The notes below the pieces were generated by a model that was given only the letters and a program-made list of their open reading frames with translations, was not told the origin of the DNA and did no database searches. A DNA stretch of 62,753 bases, the filler included, from Hausera hauseri (lineage: Eukaryota), in assembly GCA_046269625.1 (NCBI GenBank). It is 11 parts of 11 records of this genome, joined end to end, with 100 filler letters (N's around TTAATTAATTAA, not from the genome) between each part and the next. Parts side by side here need not be neighbours in the genome. Positions count along the whole stretch, not along the records: positions 48,666 to 55,465 come from JBJURY010064217.1; positions 55,566 to 62,753 come from JBJURY010032225.1; 9 more parts are not named here. One strand, written 5' to 3'. The position numbers were made by a program, and so were the translations under genes. Positions 54,530-62,753 of this stretch are shown here, piece by piece. Each line of letters starts with the position of its first letter. Position 1 is the stretch's first letter.

Positions 54530-54718
54530 TGTGGCGGAGGGGGCTTGAAGGCTTGGCTGGGTTTTTCTCTTCGACGACGCTTGAGCAGCTCTAGAGATAT
54601 CGACCCAACTTCTACTTCGTAGGCTGATTCGAACACACCACTAATTTGTTTCACTCACAAGGTTAAAGGAAACAAGCCTATAAGATAGGCAGTGATTACT
54701 TATTTATTGAAATTACAA
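54530..54718 (-). repeat. Partial 5' LTR (R/U5 side only)
   Basis: Near-identical to 52243-52428, then unrelated sequence. Confidence 0.85.
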
Positions 54719-55565
54719 ATCAAATGAATGTTTTCTTCATTTATATAAAACCACAAAAATGCCAACTTAGAAAATGTTTCTATATTCGCAACAAAACAAT
54801 GAAACATTGGCCTTTAATATTCATTGCAGAACTTCATATAAAGTACAAAACACAAGATTTCCTCACGTTATGAACGAAGAATTGACAAAGCTATTATCAA
54901 GTTTTATTAAGTGTTTAAATAAACTGATTTAAACTAGTACGCATGAAAATCTAAAATTGGGACAGAGTTGAAGCAAATATCAGAAAATGCCTTTCGCACC
55001 TTAAGAACCACCTAAAGCTAGGTTGGTTTACAACGGATCTGGGTAATCTTTTGAAAAGTTTAAGAAGTTAAGTTTCGTTGATCCAAAAGCGATGTGAGAG
55101 ATGCGCTATTGAAATTTGAAAATTTGGTTTATACCATGAGCAGGATCCTTACTACTGTGGACAAAAAGTAATGAGACTGATTAAATATAACAGAAAATAT
55201 TTTCTTCAACCAAATTTATTGTGTTTCCTTCAAAATTATCCCCTTACACTTGAATACAATTATCCCAACGTTTTTTTCCAGTCTTTGAAACAATTATTAT
55301 ACGCAGTTGCAAAGTGGTCAGAGAATTTCCTTGGATAGCTTCTATTGACTCAAATCTATGTCCACGAAGTGGTAATTTCAATCGATGAAAAGGAAACAGT
55401 CACACGTATCCATATCTAGAAAATATGGTGCTTGCGATACGACATTCATTTGACTTTTGATGAAANNNNNNNNNNNNNNNNNNNNNNNNNNNNNNNNNNN
55501 NNNNNNNNNTTAATTAATTAANNNNNNNNNNNNNNNNNNNNNNNNNNNNNNNNNNNNNNNNNNNN

Positions 55566-58500
55566 AGGGTGATAAGTTGAGAGATGTAATAGAAATAGAT
55601 GAAGGAATAGAAATAGGGTGTGGAGCAGAAATAGTGATAAAAGTTGGAGTAGATAAAAATGCCGAGATGGGGACAGGAATGGAATTGGTAGGTGACAATG
55701 TAGGCACAGACACAGGAGCAGCGGAATGATGTGTGGTAGACTGGGGAATCGAAGTCGGGGTAGAGATGGTTACAGGGTTGAGGAATGAGGTTAATGTTTC
55801 GGTTGGTGATGTATCGTCAACGTAAAATGCGGGTTTTAAATTAGTGATATGCACTACAACTTCTTTTCCGTCTTTGAGGATAACAGCGTTGTGCTAATGC
55901 AGCTGCACCATTTTATATGGTCCTAAGTACTGTGGCTGGAAACCACATGGTGTCTGATTTTTTAGCCATACACGCTTTGCCGAGTATAAACCTTCGGGTA
56001 TGTAAGATTTGGTATTGTGTAAGAGCCTGCAAAACGAATCTTTGCTGATTGTAACGAAATGATTCTGTGCTGATCGTATCCTCTTGTCTGTAGGAGTCTC
56101 CTCTAGAGCGGTTAGTTCAAACAGTGACCGAACAGGGGTTCCGAATAAAGCTTCCGAAGGTGAACATCCTGTGGAAGTGGACGGAGTGTTCCGTCAGCCA
56201 AGCAGGACGAACGGTAAAAGTGTAGTTCAATTGGTGTTGGACTGTGCAAGGATTCTAAGTGATGTTTTCAAGATTCGGTGGAAACGTTCGAGAAGACTAT
56301 TTGATTGGGGATGATATGGTGTTGTATGAATGTGACTTATTCCCAATCGGTTGACTAGGGATTTGAACAGGTTTGATTCAAATTGATGACCTTGATCCGA
56401 GATGATATATCGAGGGGATTCGAACCTACTAATACACGTACGGATGAAAGTATCGGCTATTGTGTCAGTGTTTGTACTACGCAGTGGAATGGCTTCCGGC
56501 CATAGTAAGTAACGGTCCATCATGGTCAGAAAAAATTGGTGGCCTTTGTCTATTGGAAGAGGATTAACGATATCAATATGTACTGTTTCGAAACGTAAAG
56601 TGCAGGGGAAGTGGCATAATGGTGGTTTTAAATGTTTTATGGTTTTATATTTCTGACAAGCCATGCACTATTTAACCCATGCTTGCACATCGGAGCGCAT
56701 TGACGGCCAAACTGCTTGACGTTGAAGTAAACGAAAAGTTGCTTTGGCACCAGGATGGTGTAACGAATGTACACTATCACATGCTTGTTTGTGTAAAGAT
56801 GGGGCAAGAATTATTTTAGAATGTCCTGTTTGGAAGTATCTAAGGCCACGCCGTCAACGATGTGGTGCGACTTGAACGATTTGAGAATATTTTGAGATGG
56901 CTGATTTTCTTGGAGTTTTTTCTGAGTAAAGATTGGCAAAAAATTGATTGAACCGACTGATCTAGATAGGAAATCGGCAACTAGATTGTCAACACCGTCA
57001 ATGTGTTTAATGTCGAAGTTAAACGTGGATAAATATGAAATTTGTCGTTCTTGTGGAGTTGCAGGGTGTTTCATTGACATTATATTAATCAGCGGTTTGT
57101 GATCAGTCTGTGTAACAAAGCGACGAGCTGTAAGTAAGTGAGAAGAATGTCTTAAAGCAAGAACTATTGCCAGCAGTTCCCGATCGAAAATTGAATATCT
57201 AGTTACTGGCGGCGTTATTTTTCGGGAAAAGAATTCTAGGGGCTGATTTTCGCCTTTATACAACTGGTGTAGTACGGCACCTACTGCGATGTTTTATACA
57301 TCTGTGGTAAAAATTATCTCAGCTTCAGGCTTAGGAAATGCTAGTATTTCAACAGTCTTTAGTCATTTGCATAGTCTATCACACTTATTAACCAGTTTTG
57401 GTGTCCACATGATTTTCTGGTATTTTTTCCCTCCGTTTATGTGTGCGAAAGGTGTTGTGTGTTCTGGACAATATGGGATATATTTGTGGACGAAATGCAA
57501 GGTACCAAGAAAACTGCAGATTTCTGTGGTTGTCTTAGGTAGTTGGACGTTTTTAAGAGTCTCAACTTGATCAGGCTGATGTGAATGGCCGCTTGAGGAG
57601 ATATTATGTCTAAGAAAATTAACGCGTTTTCGGAAGTATTTATATTTTGCAAAATTGATCTGTAGGTTAAACTGATTAAGTCGTTGGAAGACAGATTGTA
57701 GGTGTTCCTCGTGTTGTTTAACTGATGAAAATGCAACCAAGATATCGTCAATATGTGGGTGTACAAAAGGAATATCTGAAAGGATTGAGTCGACGTATCG
57801 CTGAAAAGTCTGCGCAGCATTCCGGAGACCAAAAGACATGTACAAATACTCATAAAGACCGAAAGGTGTGGTAACTGCAGTTTTCTCGATGTCTTCCGGT
57901 GCGACAGGAATTTGGTCGTAGGTTTTGGCTAAATCAATTGTTGAATAAACTGTAGTAGTATTAAGCCGATGTAAAATGTCTTTGATTAATGGTAGTGGAT
58001 ATGCATCTATTATGGTTAAAGTATTAGGCTGGCGGTAATTGCCGCATAGTCGGAAGGATCTATCTTTTTTGGACAACGTGGAGAAGTGAAGACCAAGGGG
58101 ATTTAGATCTACGGGCAATACCTTATTGTTCGAGTTCAACAAATTCCGCCTCTACTGCCTGTCTGCGACACGGTTACAATGGACGGACCTTTTGTCAAAT
58201 TGGTCTTTGGTGTCGTGTAATTATATGGTAGTAAATGCCGTTTACAAAGGTGAGATTTCGATCTTTCTGAAGTATATAAGGACACGAAGTCTTGATGAAT
58301 TGTTGTAAACTTACGAGTAGTTGCTGGAATATTGGAAGTGACAATGAACCAAGGTTACTAGCAGTACTTGGTGAATGTTGGTTGATTGTTGGTGGGGAAT
58401 CGAGTGGAATATGATGTAAAATGGTCGTGTCTGAAACCTTATTTGAGTAAGTGTTGTTGGTCAATGATTTTACTGAAGATACAAGATCGTGAGTGTCGAT

Positions 58501-59075
58501 ATTAAGCTGTGACTGATTATCGACAATGTTCTTTGACAGCTTACGAGGTAAAACGTGATAATTAAGAGAAATAGGATATGGTGTTGACTGTTTAATATTT
58601 ATTGCCTACTTACCGTTGGTTGTGCTATCGTCGGCGTGCTGTCTATTCCTGTACTACAGTCTTCCGGTGTATTTGATTTCAGGCATCGTTGGTTACAGTC
58701 GACTAGCAAATTATAGCGCGACAGGAAATCGGACCAAGGTATTGCCGTCTGGACGTTAAGGACTGTAAACGGCCAATGAAAAGGTGAGGAAAATTTTGGT
58801 AGAGTGAAAAATAATTTGCAAGTTCCGGAAATATGTAGAGGTTGACCTGAGGCGATGTATAACGGTTTTGTTTTAAGTGAAGAATGTTGAACTGGAAAAG
58901 AAAGTGGTAGAAATGAGATCGCTGCACCGGTATCGATGAGGAAGTCTGGATTAAATGTTAGAAGTGGAGATAGCAGCTTTTAGTGTAAAGACAGCAAAAG
59001 AAGTGTGTCGGCAAGAATGACTAGGTAAGTTGCCTTTGCCAGAATCTGCCGTGAATACTGGCGGCGAAATAAGTT
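55566..59075 (-). pseudogene. Decayed Gypsy pol related to 32124-36748
   Basis: FLIDTGA, RLCGNYRQ, HIDD, RELLAIV, HIDIV, SDQG, ERFH and a Ser/Thr/Pro-rich tail. Confidence 0.92.
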
Positions 59076-59151
59076 TTTTTGGATTGGTGAGTTGGGACGG
59101 TTAATATTAGAGAAACTGGAACGTCTATCAATGGTGTAGTTATGGTTAGTT

Positions 59152-60168
59152 TTATAGTGGCAGCCTGAAACAATTCCGAGCATTAAATCCAAATTTTGCA
59201 TGATAGATGCAAACCATGTTATCTGAGTGTAGATGCGAGGAATAATACCTACAGCCTAAAGAGCATTTATTTGCTTTGTTATTAAATTTGTTATGATAGT
59301 AACACATAAATAACTGCGTTGGTGACGGTGTTCGATTTCTGGAAAGAGAACATGTTCGATGAGATGAGGAAGCATTTCGTCGATGTAAGGAAAGGTCATT
59401 CAGTTTATCATTGATGTTACTGATTGTATGTTGTAGTACCGAATTTTCGGCTCGTAATTGTTTCAATTGGTGTTCGATAGATGTATGTTCTTGGCTGTCA
59501 TCGGTTGTGATTACGGCTGATATGATGGGTTGTGGTTGTATTTGTAAAACTTCGTGTGTTTTATCGACTAATTCAGCTAATTTATCTAAAGCTGTAGAAT
59601 CCTCAACAACAGTAAATAAAGACTTAATTTGAATGGGTAAAGGATTAATGAAATATCGGCGGAGTGGATCCGGTTTGTGTTCCTTGGTGACACCCAGGGT
59701 ACGTAAGTGGGCCAACGAGGTGCGTAAGAATGCACTAGGTTTTTGTGTCCCCATTGCGTTTTCATTAAAGAATCGTTGTATTATCGAGTAAATTGGTGGT
59801 TCTGTTAAATTTAATACAGCATTGAACAATTGTGTATGAGGGTCAGGATGTTGAAAGATGTCCACTAAGTTATGGATTGAGGTCTTTATGGAGTTTGGTA
59901 GAATGTAGAGTAGATTATGGGCTTCGGTTAACGAGTCGGTAATGCCGTTGGATTGTAGCCAAAGTTGATTGAAGTGGAGCCAATTTTTAGTAGAATTTTC
60001 ATTGTCTGTAAAGTATTCATAGCAATGTAAGGGTGCAATTGTAGGGGTTTTGTGAGAAAAATTAGTATAGACTGAAGGAGTTAAATGGTTTGAATGAGGA
60101 TAGTAAATAATGGATTTGGGTATTGTAGTAACCTTATCTGTAATGTCACTGGTTGGTGAAGAAATCAT
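59152..60168 (-). CDS. gag: Gypsy Gag with tandem C-x2-H-x9-C zinc motifs
   Basis: MGTQKPSAFL, LDKLAELVDK, coiled coil, CYYHNKFNNKANKCSLGC and CIYHAKFGFNARNC. Frameshifted near the 3' end. Confidence 0.85.
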   Translation of the reverse strand: MISSPTSDITDKVTTIPKSIIYYPHSNHLTPSVYTNFSHKTPTIAPLHCYEYFTDNENSTKNWLHFNQLWLQSNGITDSLTEAHNLLYILPNSIKTSIHNLVDIFQHPDPHTQLFNAVLNLTEPPIYSIIQRFFNENAMGTQKPSAFLRTSLAHLRTLGVTKEHKPDPLRRYFINPLPIQIKSLFTVVEDSTALDKLAELVDKTHEVLQIQPQPIISAVITTDDSQEHTSIEHQLKQLRAENSVLQHTISNINDKLNDLSLHRRNASSSHRTCSLSRNRTPSPTQLFMCYYHNKFNNKANKCSLGCRYYSSHLHSDNMVCIYHAKFGFNARNCFRLPL

Positions 60169-60385
60169 ACCGCCGCGGATTCTAAAGTGAATGTGAATAC
60201 AAGGTAGTGTTGTGAGGACATGATTTGTGGGTGGTCAGTTAAAATGAATCCATTGTGTGTCAAGTAGAATTCATTGAAGGCGGTGGCTTTATGAATTAGG
60301 TCATATAATTGTATTGTGTCGATACATTTTGTTATATGTGCGGTATGTATTAATTTATTATTTACAAAAAGGTGGATGGAAAATG
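60169..60385 (-). pseudogene. Ubiquitin-like domain fused in frame to the Gag N-terminus (one frameshift)
   Basis: FSIHLFV...IDTIQLYDLIHKAT..EFYLTHNGFILTD (one frame), then LPCIHIHFRIRGG|MISS in the Gag frame. About 72 aa. Confidence 0.7.
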
Positions 60386-60954
60386 ATGACGAGGCAACAA
60401 GGTGGGTGATGTTGTATCTCAACGTATTTTGTCACATATCTTGTAGCTGTTGAATTAGTTGCTTTAAGCGTGGTTTTGCCCTGACCGGTTCCGATCGTCC
60501 AGACGAGTTTAATTCCATCGGTGAACCCAGACGCAGGTGTGGTAAGGGCAGAAGCTAAACATCATACATACGTCTTGAATGGTAAATATTGATAAAATCC
60601 AGTTAATGTTAAATTGTATGGAACCAAATTGGCTGTTATATTTCTTGAAACCGAACTAGCCTTACCTAATTGACAATTAACTGTGATGAATTCGCCAATG
60701 TATTGCAGGCCTATAGTAATAACCTTAGTACTTGAAATGAAGTATGTGGTCTGTCCGTTTCTTTTAATTATGAATTTTGCATTTGTATAATGAGAACATT
60801 TTTTAATTTTTTGTGAACAGGTAATGGTTTCATTAACAGAAAATAGTGTTTGACGTAACAGCCATAAATTTAATGTAATTAGTGATGACGTACAATTTTT
60901 TGACACCAACCGAACTCTACTCTGGTTTAGACCAGTGTGACCCTCCGAAGGGAC

Positions 60955-61660
60955 TTATTTAACGATTCTAGTCAACGCTTTAGACCACCGTTTTTTGTTT
61001 TGTATAACGAAGCAGATGGACAAGGCGATAAGAATGTGCCAAAGGAAATGGTACAAGTAATATATGTATCCATGAGATACCGACAAACGGAAAAGGACAA
61101 ATGCAACTGCAGCACAGACCAGACGTGGTAAGAGACCAAGAAGCCACGAATCAATGGGTAGTAGGATAACTTGTAATTGGTAAACGCAAAAACTCCAGGA
61201 TCCTAATATGATCATTGTTCTAATACTGATAGGTGTAAGGTAGAGCCAGAACGATTTGTGAATCACACAAGCGAGTAATGAACAAGCAAAAAACATTATT
61301 ATATTTAAAATCATTTGTAATATGTCAGGAAGCGATGTGCATACCATTAGAGTGACCCACATGCTGTTGACCGCAGTAATATGATCAAAGTAAGCAAGTT
61401 TATCAACAGGTAACATGCACGTGCTATATTCGCTATAATCTAAGCTGCACATAACATACACCATAGAAAATCCACCAGCTATAAGGTACATTAAAGTGAA
61501 GGGAAGTGTGCGTTAAAAACCGGCAATTATTGTCGGAAAAATAAAGGTCAAATTAGACAAGACTAATGGTCCTCGACTGTGCTTTGCTTTACCTTCCATA
61601 CTTCATGTACTAACATTTCCAGGATATGGTTGAAATATGGTAACCGTTTCATGTTTGACA
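60955..61660 (-). pseudogene. TMEM8/PGAP6/myomaker-family (CREST-like) multi-pass membrane protein, decayed; ectodomain-like sequence may extend toward 62753
   Basis: LSNLTFIFPTII, FSMVYVMC....C.LPVDKLAYFD...NSMWVT, YYLYHFLWHILIALS. Upstream TIFQPYPG resembles the TMEM8A/B ectodomain. In-frame stop at ~61515. Confidence 0.75.
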
Positions 61661-62753
61661 TCAATTAAAGTGCATGGGTCCTTAAGTTATTTCGCAACAG
61701 TTGTTTGATGATGTAGTGGAAAAAGACGTGTTTGTTAACGGACATTTCAGACGGAACTAGCTGACCAAATTCGTAAATCGGTATTGTCGTAACAGTAAAC
61801 TCATTCTATACGGAGAACAAGATTCCGTCACTGTTTAGGACAACGAGGGCGTAAATTTTCATCTGTTTACAAGTGAGCATTATTCGTTTCGACAGGAAGG
61901 AATGTCTAATCGAATGCACCTTACCGTATACATGACCCCTCGCATTGAACGACAGCCTAACTCGAAGTCCGTGAATACCGCAATTCAACCAAAGTGCATT
62001 TTCCATTATCACACAATTCTTACTTCAGTCCACCGAGCTATTTCCATCGTAATAAAATACCAACGGTGTCCACAACAATTCCACATTATACGCAACAACC
62101 ATAGGACCTGTAAGATGAATACTCTTGTTCTGCTGTTCCGAATTCTTCTTCACCGAATTGGTGAACTTCTCTCGTTGCAACATCAACAAGTGGCCAATGT
62201 AGTTGACGAGAAGACTACAGAAAGGTGAACTACCGTGACCATCGTACAGATTCTGAGTTAGTTCACAGTGAATTCATGATAAATTAACGGAGATCACGCA
62301 TGCCGAAAATTTGATGTAACTCTCACGGGAGGTGATCTGATAGGATTGTAAAGATATTAATCCTGACTCTGTGCAGTGTATGTTATGAAGGCATATCGAT
62401 CCATCAATGGAAGGCGTGACGAATATGTTATTGTATAAATTAACAAGTAGAAATTAATGGTGGTACCGGCAAACTGAAACAACTTTCATCGTCGATCATT
62501 TTTAACGAATCATAGAATCTTAATTTGAAATTCTCTTTTTTATTGTTATAACATAAAAGATGAGATTTTTAAACCACACTGCATCACCAACAACTTCCAT
62601 AGACTGTTCTTGTGTTTCATTGCTGAACAGTCGCCACTGTTGAGTGCTTAAATAAAATACGGCAAAGCCTTCTTTGCCAGCAACAAAAAGGCAGTTTTCA
62701 TTTCGATTGACAGCTGCAAATTTAATCGGCCAATTAACATTTATATACGACTC

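Noticed and set aside
60898-60908. TGGTGTCAAAA as the PBS of the last element
   Set aside because: Not preceded by an LTR-terminal CA, and related elements use a different PBS. Left unresolved.

Overview
This window is not one locus. It is 11 short AT-rich eukaryotic contigs joined by artificial 100-bp spacers (N44-TTAATTAATTAA-N44): 1-4507, 4608-8924, 9025-15048, 15149-20489, 20590-26385, 26486-32023, 32124-36748, 36849-44462, 44563-48565, 48666-55465 and 55566-62753. The source looks like an animal with very short introns (about 30-55 nt). Most of the sequence is transposable elements: Tc1, pogo/Tigger, mariner and hATm-like DNA transposons, RTE and RNase H-bearing LINEs, and Ty3/Gypsy LTR retrotransposons on six contigs. 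Host-gene pieces are also present (LRRC56 apparently intact; NCKIPSD-, DOP1-, PP2A-B56- and TMEM8-like decayed fragments). Two things stand out. (1) Three contigs carry a clade of unusually large Gypsy-like elements with a virus-like accessory cassette. It comprises a long uncharacterised region after the Gag zinc knuckle, an FN3/mucin-stalk type-I membrane protein in the env position (in frame with integrase in one copy), and a 3' ORF with a DEDDh-like 3'-5' exonuclease and a C3HC4 RING finger, followed by a conserved RNA hairpin at the PPT. (2) A second Gypsy lineage has a ubiquitin-like domain ending ...HIHFRIRGG directly in front of the Gag Met, lying downstream of a TMEM8/myomaker-family sequence. 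All family calls come from visual motif recognition; no searches were run and many boundaries are approximate.
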